Positions 12,251-25,409 are shown, counted from the first letter of the stretch. The stretch: DNA of 64,000 nucleotides from Eledone cirrhosa (GCA_964016885.1 OZ024740.1:183706001-183770000), one strand, 5' to 3'. Notes: a model not told the origin generated them from the sequence alone. Program-made: numbers and translations.

Positions 12251-13406
12251 AACAACTGGTGGCACAATTTACGGGAACATGATTGATAACCTGCATAAGA
12301 GAAACCCATTAGTTTATATTGATTGCTAACTCCTAGAAGTGATTAAAGAAGAAATTGATAGTTTCTAGGATAATATTACATAAATTATCAGCGTGTATGA
12401 ACAAAGACAAATGACATACAATAATAAATATATGAGTAACTTTGGAGTAATAACTGTTTACATTGACAAAGGTAGTCGGAAGCCAGTAACCTGTGACTGG
12501 AAAACGAACTTCGTATTGTAGCAACAGAACTAATATAGGAAATGTATTGAATGTGTGCGTAAAATTTAAAGAATAACAGACTTAGATAAATATAATATAC
12601 AAAAATTAGTAACGAATTATTATGGTTGACTCCTCTAAAGTCAACCAACTGAACGGGTCAGAACTAATGAAATATTTTCTAATAAATTGTTGTCATAAGC
12701 ATGTAAATTAATTCTTCGAATTAATTGAAATTTCACTTTTGACTGGAGAAAAATATAACAAAAACCTGGTAGTAATTGCCTCAAAACAAAGAGGAGATAA
12801 TTACAAGGAATTAAAAATGAATCTTTCATAATTAATTAAAGTTATAATTTCTAATTTGAGTTCTACCACAGACAAAAAGAGCTTTTTCCTCTATATATAT
12901 GTACAGATATGCGACTGCATATGTAAACACGTATGTATAGACATATATGTAAAAATGTATATATACGTATACGCATGAATATATGTCTGTAACTATATAC
13001 ATATCCATACATACACAGAGACACATATATATATATGAGCATCCCTTTGACTTAAGTAGCAGTGAAAATATTTGAAATGTTAGTCGCTTAAAATCTTCTC
13101 AAGGACAGCAATCAATATAAAAGGACTCCTTAGCCTAATAGTAAACACATACGTTCAGCAGCAGAGAGATGCGGTGCACAAATACAAGTCTTGTACAGAG
13201 ACATCACTCCAGGATTTTTTTGTCTTCAGGAGTACTTCCCTCGATTTTCTCAAGTATTTATAGCGATAAACCATTACTCTAGTAATTTGTGGTGGGACAA
13301 TTACAATTTAAATTGTATAGATATATACATTTCAAGCGTTAACCTGATATATTCCTTCCATATACTATACCGATTTTGTTGTTATTTCTGTTTACATTTT
13401 ACACAG

Positions 13407-13620
<214 letters not shown>

Positions 13621-13787
13621 ATATATATATATATATATACATATATATATACATATATGTATACCTTTTCTTTCCCCCTTCCTTTCCTTTTTTCCAATCT
13701 CATATATCCCTCCAATTTTATTTTTCATATATTGATTTGACACTTCACTGCTCGCAAGTGTTTTTTAAGCTTCATATCAGGTCTCCC

Positions 13788-13858
13788 TATTTTATCTGAT
13801 GAGAACGCAAATATCATCCCATCATGATATTGGTTTTTGAAATGTGCATAATAAAATA
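13788..13858 (+). ncRNA. Type I hammerhead ribozyme
   Basis: TATTTTAT-CTGATGA-(stem II with AATATCAT/ATGATATT)-GAAA-TGTGCA-TA-ATAAAATA; perfect 8-bp stem I. Confidence 0.75.
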
Positions 13859-13893
13859 AATGGAACTCTTTTAACCATCTTTTGATTTTCTAT

Positions 13894-13960
<67 letters not shown>

Positions 13961-13963
<3 letters not shown>

Positions 13964-14225
13964 AACTCTGGATGTCGGTGAGCATGTCCAGCCGACCTCA
14001 GTCTCCTCTGTGTCACTTTTGAGCTGACTTTTGGGATGCTCCCATACAGCTCTGAGTTGGACACACTAGAAGAGGAAGACCAAGGTTAACATATGTTGAT
14101 GCCCTAAGGACAGACACTGGTCTGTTGGAGATGCAGGATATGGCAGCGATAATGAGGTACAGAGACCGCTGGAGAGAACTCGTCCATGGATCTCTGGAAT
14201 TTTACCCGCCTTAGATAGATAGATA
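13961..14225 (-). mobile_element. Internally deleted RTE-like LINE derivative
   Basis: SNSELYGSIPKVSSKVTQRRLRSAGHAHRHPEL is RTE-type C-terminal sequence; 5' part (CTATCTAAGGCGGGTAAAATTCCAGAGATCCATGGACGAG) is also present at ~10050-10110 on the plus strand. Confidence 0.6.
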
Positions 14226-14238
14226 TATATATGTATAT

Positions 14239-14324
<86 letters not shown>

Positions 14325-14349
14325 GTATAAATATATATATATATTTTGT

Positions 14350-14730
14350 TTCTGAATTTGTTCAGCAAGATTCTTTATCTGAAAACGTGTGTTGAAACCG
14401 ATATTGTTATACTTTGGGAGGGTCATGTTGCCAATAAGAATCACACGCACCAGTTGCTTTCACTCCAATTTATTATAAATTAAATTATAAATTTAAAAAT
14501 TCATAAATTTCCGGTTGGTTGGTTTCTTCCACAACCGGACGGTTGTTCATGTATTGTCAAAGTTCTTTTGTCACACATTATGTGACCTCTTCAGTGACTG
14601 GGGATTCTTTTCTTTGTTTTGCGCCTCTCCTTTGGTCTGTCATACGACATCTTGTCTTTGTGTGTGTTGTGTGCTTAGTTTGCGCATGTGTTACATCCGG
14701 GTGTCTGTGTGTGTTTTTATTTGTTTATAT
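14350..14730 (+). repeat. Family A-related repeat (A2) starting with an HHR-like motif
   Basis: Reverse-complement homolog at ~20780-21115; shares ATTGTTATACTT(T/A)GGGAGGGTC with family A. Confidence 0.6.
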
Positions 14731-14736
14731 ATATAT

Positions 14737-14958
14737 AGGAAAAGAGTCAGGACCCCGACAGCTGCGCTCCGGCCGTTTCGACAGTTAGACCCGAAATAAC
14801 CCAGCAGTATTAGCTGGGTTACTTCGGATCTAGTTATCGAAACGGCCGGAGCACAGCCGTCGGGGTCCTGACTCTCTTCTTATTACCCACTCTACTACCC
14901 TAATATCGAATACTCTCTGCGCTATGGTTCACCTGGTTCCTTACCACACATTCTTTGT
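14737..14958. repeat. Family B subfamily fragment, fold-back
   Basis: AGAGTCAGGACCCCGAC...ACCCAGC / GCTGGGT...GTCGGGGTCCTGACTCT inverted arms, followed by the family B tail. Confidence 0.75.
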
Positions 14959-15025
14959 TATATATATATATAATAGTAAAACACTGGAGGGTTATATCAG
15001 TAGTAGTAGATCACTACTAGAAGTA

Positions 15026-15145
15026 GTTCCGCAACAGTTAGTTCACCATACCGAGAACAAATGTTTCAACTTCAGCAGACCGAGCTGAAGATCGGCATGA
15101 GGTGAAACATTTGTTCTGGGTATAGTGAACTAACTGTTGTGGAAC
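15026..15145. repeat. 43-bp imperfect inverted repeat enclosing a degenerate HHR-like core
   Basis: Arms 15026-15068 and 15103-15145; CCGAG-CTGAAGA-...-GAAA-CATTTG-TT-CTGGG. Confidence 0.6.
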
Positions 15146-15180
15146 GAATTCTTATATATATATCGTCTTTTTCTCCCTGT

Positions 15181-15211
<31 letters not shown>

Positions 15212-15251
15212 CGAAATTAACAAATGGAAACTATATTTATAAAACCATATT

Positions 15252-15316
15252 TATTTCATTATACATATTTCAAGGATACCAAGTTAAATTATGGTATGCC
15301 TTCATCAGACAAAATA
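15252..15316 (-). ncRNA. Type I hammerhead ribozyme (inverted arm copy)
   Basis: Reverse complement of 15421-15485 within the ~130-bp inverted repeat 15211-15341 / 15396-15526. Confidence 0.7.
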
Positions 15317-15420
15317 CAATATATACCAGTTTTATAAATAAACATTGACGTAACCTTTCAAAATGAGACCATTACTTTTGGACGACATCAGGATATTATT
15401 TATAAAACTGGTATATATTG

Positions 15421-15485
15421 TATTTTGTCTGATGAGGGCATACCATAATTTAACTTGGTATCCTTGAAATATGTATAATGAAATA
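15421..15485 (+). ncRNA. Type I hammerhead ribozyme
   Basis: TATTTTGT-CTGATGA-GGGCATACCA(loop)TGGTATCCTT-GAAA-TATGTA-TA-ATGAAATA. Confidence 0.75.
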
Positions 15486-15612
15486 AATATGGTTTAATAA
15501 ATATAGTTTCCATTTGTTAATATCGTATATCTACTCCAAATACTTGTCGAGTGCTTTATATCAGTTATAAAAATATTTGCTTGTTGTATCCCAACAATTT
15601 AAATAGAACTTT

Positions 15613-15685
<73 letters not shown>

Positions 15686-15689
<4 letters not shown>

Positions 15690-15905
15690 ATAATAATAAA
15701 ATTGAAGACTAAAATCCAAAGAGGGCTCGATAAGGAAAATATATATCAAATATATAAGAACCGAAGAGCAAATATTTATTAAAATAACAGATTAAAGTTT
15801 AAGCAAAGAATCGCTGCTTTCACCCTTAACGGGATCTTCTGAAACTATCCCGTTAAGGGTGAAAGCAGCGATTCTTTGCTTAAACTTTAATCTGTTATTT
15901 TAATA

Positions 15906-15908
<3 letters not shown>
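15686..15908. repeat. Family C terminus as perfect ~62-bp fold-back
   Basis: Arms ~15774-15835 and ~15847-15908 are exact reverse complements; between (TA)n tracts. Confidence 0.85.
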
Positions 15909-15991
<83 letters not shown>

Positions 15992-16422
15992 ATAGGGAGA
16001 AAGACTATTATTAGGAAGAAAAATATATTTCTTTCCCTTTTGTTTTTTTCTCTTTTCTATGGGTTACAAAATGTTTAAAACAAAATATTATACTTTGTGT
16101 GAAGTGTTAAGGTATTAGTTAATTTATTTATTAATTAACGATGGCATTTATTTATTTATTTATATATTTAATAATTGTCTATTACCGGTTTCAGCATTTT
16201 ATGCATTATTAATGGGGGGAATTTGTATCGGTGTAAAATGTTGAATATATTCGTATGCAGCATTAGGCTGAAGTGATACTTTTTGTTTCTTTATATTTTA
16301 TACGAGAATCTTGTCGTAGATTTGTTTTTCAGGATAAAGTGTAGATGTAAATTAGTAATTTATTACAGTAGATTCTTGCATCAATTCAAAATTCGTCCAT
16401 ATTTGATTATGGTGTGCCATTT

Positions 16423-16467
<45 letters not shown>

Positions 16468-16535
16468 ATGTTAATTATTCTAATCACAATCACATACACA
16501 CACACACATACATATATTTGCATCTAGGGTGTGCA

Positions 16536-16825
16536 TCTATCTACCTATATATCTAAAACAGAGAATGTCTGTCTGTCTCCCTAAAACTCGAGAACCACCT
16601 AACCGATTATTTTCAAACTTTACACATGTAATACTTATGGTCGTGTAAGTCTTTTGACCAAAGAATATTTTACATTTTCAATGCCCTAGGGACCGCATTA
16701 CGCGATTTACCGATCTCTCTCTATAATTCTTAGACTTTCTCTTTATATAGATACATATATATAACATTGCACCATTATAATATCTATCTGTATGTCTGGC
16801 TGTATGCATTATGACATTATGACGC
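16536..16825 (+). mobile_element. Possible Helitron/Helentron-type non-autonomous fragment
   Basis: ATATATCTAAAAC..(TGTC)n..AAAACTCGAGAACCACCTAACCGATTATTTTCAAACTT resembles DINE/HINE-type heads; 3' part is similar to 9300-9350. Confidence 0.3.
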
Positions 16826-16885
16826 TATATGTGTGTGTGTGTGTATATGTGTATATATAGTTTGTGCATATATATATATATATAT

Positions 16886-17680
16886 ATACTATAGGGTAAA
16901 GCATGTCCAGAGAATTATTTGATAATATATATACATCATCTCTACTCCCAATCAGCATAATTAACCACACACAAAATCAATTAGACCAGGCTATAAGAAT
17001 AAAAGGCATCTATGAAGAAACAGTAAATAAATACGCTATTGTGGCGTCTTCGCGTGCAACCGCTATAGAATATTTACCCAACATTTCATCAGCATGTAGA
17101 AATTAATTAAATACACGGTCAACCATACATAATTAGGTAAACATTAATGTTAGAAATGCTCAACCATTTTGAATTCGTGTTTGGCGGGGGCCACTTCGGA
17201 AAATAATATGTCCTAGCGAGTTTATCCTCTGAAGAGCTCTAAACTCAAGTATGAACCTTAATAATGTATCTCAAAATTGAGCGAAACCCTGTGGTCGGGA
17301 TTTAGTGAATTAATCCTGGTATGTATATAAGCATTTCTAACATTAATTTTACCTAATTATGTATGGTTGACCGTATATTAAATTAATTTCCACGTGCTGA
17401 TGAAATGTTGGGTAAATATTCTATAGCGGTTGCACGCGAAGATGCCACAATAGCGTATTTATTTACTGTTTCTTCATAGATGCATTTTATTCTTATAGCC
17501 TGGTCTAATTGATTTTTTGTGTGGTTAATTATGCTGATTGGGAGTAGAGATAATGTATATATATTATCAAATAATTTTCTGGACATGCTTTACTCTATAG
17601 TATTTTGCTCTGATTAATTTATTAATTCTCCATTGAGCCACATCGTGAAAAGTTGCCAAAACACATGTGACTTTATTTAA
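16886..17680. mobile_element. Fold-back element: ~275-bp inverted arms (16886-17160 / 17330-17603) around a hammerhead-bearing spacer
   Basis: Arms give near-identical ORF translations on opposite strands (16903+ and 17586-); homologous to 18980-19320 and 19610-19710. Confidence 0.8.
17224..17301 (+). ncRNA. Canonical type I hammerhead ribozyme with large loop II
   Basis: ATCCT-CTGAAGA-GCTC...GAGC-GAAA-CC(CTGT)GG-TC-GGGAT; GUC site. Confidence 0.8.
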
Positions 17681-17756
17681 TTGGTGTATGTGTAAATATA
17701 TATATATATATATATATGTAAAAGAAACCAAAGAACGCTTACATACTCAAACAGCT

Positions 17757-17816
17757 TTTATTTGCTTACAATGTTTCATACATACCGTTGGGTAGGTATC
17801 ATCAGAGCTTAATAAA
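17757..17816 (-). ncRNA. Type I hammerhead ribozyme
   Basis: Minus strand: TTTATTAAGCT-CTGATGA-TACCTACC(CAAC)GGTATGTAT-GAAA-CATTG-TA-AGCAAATAAA; GUA site. Confidence 0.7.
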
Positions 17817-18412
17817 CACAGTGCTGAGTATAAGCTCTACGAAGCTTAGTCACACGAACAATCGGAATACAATTGAGGGTAAATATAGAGAGATCGGAGA
17901 TGGCGAATAAGGAGAGAGTACATGGTGGGGTTGTTAAATGTTAGGGCACAAGCAGATCTCACAAGATGCAGATACAATTGATGGCACACAAAATAAAAAA
18001 ATACATACAATGGTTAAAACATAATAAAAAAAGTAAAAGGAAGATAATATAAAGAGATAACAAAGTGAATAAAAAGGTAGATTTTTTTTAAAATTTGAAA
18101 GGGAAAGAAGTGAAAAACGAAAGAAGAAAAAAGAAAAAAGAAAAAAGAAAAAAGAAAAAAGAAAAAAGAAAAATGAAAAAAGAAAAAAGAAAGAGATTTA
18201 AGCACATAAAAAAACAGAGGAATTTCAGCGCTGGTCCCTATATAAGTGAATAGGATCCCAGTAACTTATAGTTATATAAGCACTAATATATATATATATA
18301 GTGTAACATTTTTCGAAATATTTAATTCTGCGTTCACAGATTGACTTTTTTAGTTTCAGCAGACCCGATATGAGTGAAAGCAGCGATTCTTTGCTTAAAC
18401 TTTAATCTGTTA

Positions 18413-18450
<38 letters not shown>

Positions 18451-18451
<1 letters not shown>

Positions 18452-18588
18452 CGAGGGAAAAGTGGTAAGGAACCAAGTGGACCATAACGCACCAAAGTAC
18501 TCAATACTTAGGGTAGTAGAGTGGGTAATAGGAGTAAGTAAGACCCCGACGGCTGAGCACAAGCCGTTTCGACGGCTAATTCTGTACT
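18451..18588 (-). repeat. Family B 3' fragment
   Basis: Matches 6535-6670. Confidence 0.75.
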
Positions 18589-18706
18589 GATATATATATG
18601 TATATTCTGTACTAATATATATATATATATTAACATACAAATATTATTAACATAGACAATTAGGTGTAAATTTAAACTTAGAAGAAACGTGTACGTAGCG
18701 TAATTA

Positions 18707-18788
18707 CATCTCTACCATGGTTTCGTCCGTATTTTTAGATATCCTACTGTTAAGGATGAACCTAGAGTAACAGACTCATCATGAGACA
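18707..18788 (-). ncRNA. Hammerhead motif with C3->A lesion
   Basis: TGTCTC-ATGATGA-GTCTGT...ACGGAC-GAAA-CCATGG-TA-GAGATG. Confidence 0.55.
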
Positions 18789-19364
18789 AACTCAGTTGGA
18801 CAGTTAATTTTTCCAAAGCGATCGCGCCAAAAACAGATTCAAAAATGGCTCAGAATCGTGACGTGGCAGTGGTCAAGTTAGAAATGATGTGCCTAGTTGC
18901 AAACGGCGGGTAGGCTGGTTGCTAGAAAGCGCAGCCAAATATCGCCCAATTGCATCTCAACCCAACGGCAGATTATTAAATATAAAGATTTACATACACA
19001 TAAAGTCACAGATATATATGTGGCAACCGGTCACGTTGTGGCTCAATGAAGAATTAATAAATTAAATGATCAGAGCAATATATCATAAATCATGTCCTTA
19101 GAATTATTAGATGAAATATATACCATTTTCTCTCCCAATTAGCATAATTAACCATATAAAAAATCAATTAGACCATGCTATACTAATAAAGGCTCCTATG
19201 AAGAAATATTTGATAAATAACCGAAAGCGGCCTCTTCACGGTGACTCCAATAGTGTATTTATCCAACATTTCAACAGCATGTAGAAACTGACTAAATATA
19301 CCGTCAACCATACACAATTAGGTGTAAATTTAAACTTAGAAGAAACGTGTACATACCGTACTTA

Positions 19365-19446
19365 CATCTCTTCCATGGTTTCGTCCGTATTTTTAGATAT
19401 CCTACTGTTAAGGATGAACCTAGAGTAACAAACTCATCAGGAGACA
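19365..19446 (-). ncRNA. Hammerhead motif with intact core but mutated cleavage triplet
   Basis: TGTCTC-CTGATGA-GTTTGT...ACGGAC-GAAA-CCATGG-AA-GAGATG. Confidence 0.55.
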
Positions 19447-19704
19447 AACTCAGTTGGACAGTTAATTTTTCCAAAGCGATCGCGCCAAAAATAGATTCAA
19501 TAATGGCTAAGAATCGTGACGTGGCACTGGTCAAGTTAGAAAGAATGTGATTAGTTGCTTATGGCGCGTAGGCTGGTTGCTAGAAAGCGCAGCCCAATAT
19601 CGCTCTGATCATTTTGCTCTGCTGATTTAATTTATTAATTCTTCATTGAGTCACAACGTGACCGGTTGCCACATATATATCTGTGATTTTATGTATATGT
19701 AAAT

Positions 19705-19777
<73 letters not shown>

Positions 19778-19781
<4 letters not shown>

Positions 19782-20013
19782 AACAAGCATGACCCCGACG
19801 GCAGAGCTCAAGCCGTTTCGACGGCTATTTCTGTACTAAGGAAGAATTCTTACCCTGGCTAAAAATTCTTACTTAGTCCAGAAATAGCCGTCGAAACAGC
19901 TTGAGCTCTGCCGTCGGGGTCATACTTGTTCCTATTACCCACTCTACTACCCTAAGTATTGAGTACTTTGGTGTGTTATGGTCCATCTGGTTCCTTACCA
20001 CAATTCCTTCGTT
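19778..20013. repeat. Family B fragment, fold-back
   Basis: 19778-19840 inverted at 19872-19934, then the family tail to (TA)n. Confidence 0.75.
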
Positions 20014-20366
20014 ATATATACATATATATATAATTATAGAACCGTGTACAGATATTTTTGCATACACAATAACAAAATGTAAACAAACGTATTTATTTCA
20101 CGAGGCTCGATAAGGATAAATATATATCAAATATATAAGAACCCTAGAGCAAAAACCGAGGAACGCCTGTCTATTTTGCTAGTATACTACTAAAACGTTG
20201 TGATTGTGTGTTGTCTGTTATTTAATACAGTCAAAACGCCCATAATGGGAACATTCTTTGAAAGGAAGTTGCCTCTAAAATGAGAATATAAATAGAATAA
20301 AAGTAGTTTTACGTAAATCGGAGCACTGTTCCCACGATACGGGTTTTTTTCCGGGTACCCTAATGA

Positions 20367-20458
<92 letters not shown>

Positions 20459-21159
20459 CAGAGAGAGAGGGGTTTTGAGAGAGTAGATTGAACATTTCAT
20501 ACCAAAATAGAATATAGGGACTCATTAGAGAACATAGGGATCAAAATTATATCCACACACAGAAAAGATGCAATTCTCAGACAAATCACAGAGGCGACAA
20601 ACATAAACGAACTACAACTGATACTAAACCGAAAACATCAGTGGAATTGCAACATCACAACTCGCAATTAAGGACAAAATGAAGACATACAGACACACAC
20701 AAAAACCAAACTAACAAACCAAATCAGACACATACAGTTAGAACAAACAGTCAACTAGTAACAAGCAAATAAACACATAAATAAATAATTAAAACACACA
20801 GACACACCCATATGTAATGCACCACAAACTAAGCATACAACACACAAAAACAATAAAGTGTAGGACAGAATAAAGGACAGACACAAAATAATAACCTAGT
20901 CATTGTGGGGGTCATAGAATGTGTGTCGAAATAGTTTTGACAATATATAAACAACCTTCCGGTTATCGAACCAACCAACCAACCAACCAACCGGAAATTT
21001 ATAATAAATTGAAGTGAAAACCGACAGGTGCGTGTGTATTTATTGGCAGCACGACGCTCCCAAATCATAACAATATCTGTCTCAACACACGTTTTCAGAT
21101 GAGAAATCTTACAAAAGAAAATTTAAAAACTAAGTATATATATATATATATATATATAG

Positions 21160-21958
21160 TTTTGCGAGGTTTTTGATATGAAATCCTGTGTCGAAACAAA
21201 TATTGTTATACTTAGGGAGGGTCGTATTTGTGTAATAATATTGCCAGAATTAATAACAGAACACACTCACTGTTTGGTTGGTTTTCGCTTCTGTGTCTTT
21301 TATATCGGTTAATTTAATTTATTCGGTGCTCAATGTTACCATTGACTGACCAACGGTAAAAAATACAGATACAATATAAACACTTAGAAGGCCAAGGCTA
21401 AACAGAAAATAATGAATGGAATAACAACAACACCCAAACAAACAACACTGACCTAATAGAAGTATAAATAAATAAATAAATAAATAAATACATACACAAG
21501 CACAATAACAACAAATACATATAAACACACACTAGTAAACTAAGATAGAATACATTAACCAATACACAGTCACCCAAACAAGAACACACATCAAACAAAA
21601 CACTATACACATATGTAAACGCATGCGCAGAGAAGACATAAAAATAATAAAAATAAATAAATAAATAAACAGACTAAATAAAGATTGCGTAAGCATACAA
21701 GGCAACGGGAGGAAACATAATAGCACCACTGCCGATGTTGCAGATGTGCAACGAAAGAACTTTGATAGACTATATATATGTGTTTGTGTCTATATTGTAT
21801 CTGTATTTTTTACCGTTGGTCAGTCAATGGTAAGATTGAGGACCGAATAAATTAAATTAACCGATATAAAAGAAACAGAAGCAAAAACTAACCAAACAGT
21901 GAGTGTCTTCTGTTATTAATTCTGGCAATAGTATTACACAAATATGACCCTCCCTAAG

Positions 21959-21995
<37 letters not shown>

Positions 21996-22168
21996 CACAC
22001 ATATATATATATGTGTGTGTGTGTGTATGTATGTGTGGTGTGTGAGTATGTGCGTATGTATTATTGTATATACATACAAACACTCACATAAGCAAAAACT
22101 AACCAAACAGTGAGTGTCTTCTGTTATTAATTCTGGCAATAGTATTACACAAATATGATCCTCCCTAA

Positions 22169-22243
<75 letters not shown>

Positions 22244-22335
22244 CACACATATATATATATATGTGTGTGTGTGTGTATGTATGTGTGTGTGAGTATGTGC
22301 GTATGTATTATTGTATATACATACAAACACTCACA
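21160..22335. repeat. Family A cluster: fold-back (21205-21380 / 21790-21962) plus local ~210-bp tandem duplication
   Basis: Direct comparison with 5343-5760; GCAAAAACTAACCAAACAGTGAG...AAACACTCACATAAGCA occurs twice (~21881 and ~22092). Confidence 0.75.
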
Positions 22336-22344
22336 TAAGCACGC

Positions 22345-22437
<93 letters not shown>

Positions 22438-23132
22438 AAATTGCTTTCAAAAAAAGAACCAAACATTGAATTGTTTTGTCTAAACTACATTTATAACTGT
22501 CCATAATATATTTATATCACTCTAGGTGTTAGTATTGTTTCATCACTGGCCATTCTGGGAACAATCTTCTTATTCATTATGAAAAAATATTTGAATTGAT
22601 ATTTGTCACCCTTCGGAGACGAAACCTAGTGCTACTTCTAAACTAAACGAGACAGAATATTTTTATTTTCTCAATAAGTGTGTTGATATTTAAATTTCTG
22701 TAAAAAAAAAAAAGAAATCTGTTTGAATCTAAATAGAAAAGGAAACTCTCATATAATAGACATCACATTGCCCAGGCTCTCTTCTTCTAATCTTGCTTCT
22801 TGCCTTTGTTTGAATTTTGAACTCTACTCGATATTATTCTATTTTACTTTACTATTCCACTTCTTTCTATATTTTCCTCCTCTGGTTAAGCCCTCGCGTA
22901 CCGTTCTCTCCCCTTTTCAGTTGAAGTACTTGGGATACTTTATCATTTATATTTCTGTAAAAATATAACTTGTCTCTACCATTTTTGTTATGTCCTAATG
23001 TACACTGGAATAAACTTTATTAATCTTAATGCTCCGGAACCGTAGTGATATCCAATGGTTGATTGGGGAGATGGGACTGCCCGTCTTGCCGCTGTATTTT
23101 CATTGAATCTGTCCTGTACACTACCTATTGTG

Positions 23133-23220
<88 letters not shown>

Positions 23221-23222
<2 letters not shown>

Positions 23223-23335
23223 TAAGTTATTCCGGGTTGAATCGGAGGTAACCACAGTAAGTAAGGTACTCAATACATAGCAGAGTATAAAAGATGATTT
23301 CTAAAGAATGAAACAGTTCTAGTCCTGTAGAATCT
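23221..23335 (-). repeat. Short interspersed repeat, second copy at 57094-57210
   Basis: Shared GGTAACCACAGTAAGTAAGGTAC..AATACATA..AGAGTATA and GAATGAAACA.TTCTAGTCCTGTAGAA. Confidence 0.7.
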
Positions 23336-23399
23336 CATCTATATATATATATAAATATATATAAGATGGTCTTCCTCGCCAGATGAGGGACCAGCTAAC

Positions 23400-24880
23400 A
23401 TTTTATGTGTGCTCCCTCGAACTCTATCCTTTCACTTCAGCTCCCGTCTTCCGCCCTCAATCTCTGCGAGCATGCTGAAGAACGTCGATCTCAAACCTTG
23501 ACGACCCATTACCTGTCTCTCACATAATTCAGTCAGTATGCACACCACGTTTCGTGTTGTCCTTCATCTTGTCTATAAACCGGAGGAGAGGCCAACCAAA
23601 TCGGCGTTTCGCATTTGTTAACTAAACAAAATACGGTTGCTTTCACAAAGGTGATTCATCCAGTCTTACCAGGTGGCCAGCCAATGGCAGGATTGTTTTG
23701 CTTAATATTGCCTCCATACAGGCGATATTTCAGTGTTTAAGGACCTTACTGTTTCTGATCTCCTCAGATCATTTGATGCCACAGATTCCATGTCAGCATC
23801 GCATGTGTAATGAATTTAATTGTCTAATATGTTTGCGATGCGTGGTCCAGCACCGTATAGAAGTGTTGTAAGTACAACAACTTTATATACTTTAACCTTC
23901 TCCCTCATAGACACATCACTACAATCCCATAGTCTCTGATACAATTTATCAAACGCAGAGCTCGCCTTTGCAATACGGTTTTCTACATCCTTGTCTACTT
24001 TTGCATCACTAATTATGATTGATCCAAGATAGGTGAAAATGTCAACTGTCTTACGTTGTTTGCAATCCACATAAACTCTTGGTAGAAAAGGTGACTGTTA
24101 CCTGGGGACTGGCTGATTAAGGAGCTCAGTCCTTTTCCAAACGCTTTACATGCACCTGAAAAAGCATTTAGAATAGTTTTCATGTCAATTAATTTTAGGC
24201 CACAAGGGCACAGTTATCGACAAACCGAAAATCACAGTTTACTTGCACAAGAATCTTTGATTTTGCTTTCAACCGTTGCTTGTTGTAAAGACTCTCTTTT
24301 TTTCGAAACTCAAAAGATTCCCCTCATTGGTATCTTGAAAATCCTGTTACAGCAGCATTGAGAAAAAAAGTAAAAAAAAGAGGAGCTAAAACCTATCCCT
24401 TTTTCGCCCCATTGGTCACAATAAAACGTTCTGAGCATTCACCATTAGAGTTAATCGATGCTTCCATTCGTTCCATATTGGAAGAATATTCTGATTTCCA
24501 GCATTGTCTTTGGTATCCGATCAACAAGGCATGACGAGACAGTATGAAATTTCTCTGATAGGTCAACAAATGTGAGAAAGAGTTCGTTTTCATGTTCCAT
24601 GGATTTCTGCTGCAGTTGCCTCAGACTAAATATCATATCAACAATATTATATAAACCCACCCTGATAGCAGAGATGAGTTTGCCAGACAAGGGTTTAGGT
24701 GATTCATGATAAGTCGAGAAAGTATATTTTCTGCAGCTATAACAAAAAAAAAAAAAGAAATCCCGCTGTGTTTATCGCATAGACATCTGTCATGCTTGCT
24801 TTTTTAACGGTGTACAATTGAGGGATATTGAAACTGATTTTGTACAAGACCTTTCTCCCTTAAACATGTTAAGAGCACGA
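23400..24880 (-). mobile_element. Decayed RTE-clade LINE (reverse transcriptase pseudogene)
   Basis: Frameshifted RT motifs: DMIFSLRQLQQK, LTFVDL, FTYLGSII...DVENRIAKASSAF...KVKVYKVVVLTTLLYG. Confidence 0.85.
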
Positions 24881-25409
24881 AGAGTTGTACCCTCATATGA
24901 TCTGGAGTTGTTTGATGGTAGTTTTTTTAAATTATGAAAGGGAAGGATTGTTTAACGGGTATTTTTTTCGGGTGATGGTGGATTCTGAATTATTTGTCCG
25001 TATCAAATTTTTTTATATATATCGTACGAGCATCTATGTAGTTTGTATTAGAATTTTTGTATCGTAGCGGCACCTTTATATATAGTATTAGTATTCTTCG
25101 GGATTATGAATTATTATCTCGTATTATTTTCGGGGCTCTGATTTATTATTTCGTAGTAGTTTCTTTAGTATGTTGGCCCCCTACTTGTTTACCCGTCACT
25201 GCAAGATAGATTCGATTGATTACTACTAACTCATAAAATTCTCTCACTACAATTAAAACACACCTAGTAAACTTCTCTATAGTTTAGCAGTACCAGTGAG
25301 AGACTTGATGATGTTGGTAAGGGAATAGTAACCAGAAATTGTTTCTTATATTTTTAACATTCTTATTCTTCTTCTATATATTTACTCCATATTGATTTAC
25401 TTAATGTTT

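Larger units (their letters stand above)
18648..19710 (-). mobile_element. Partial tandem (~658-bp period) plus inverted end, retrozyme/PLE-like
   Basis: 18648-18947 repeated at ~19305-19603; 18981-19078 inverted at ~19610-19710; flanked by TA-rich tracts. Confidence 0.75.
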
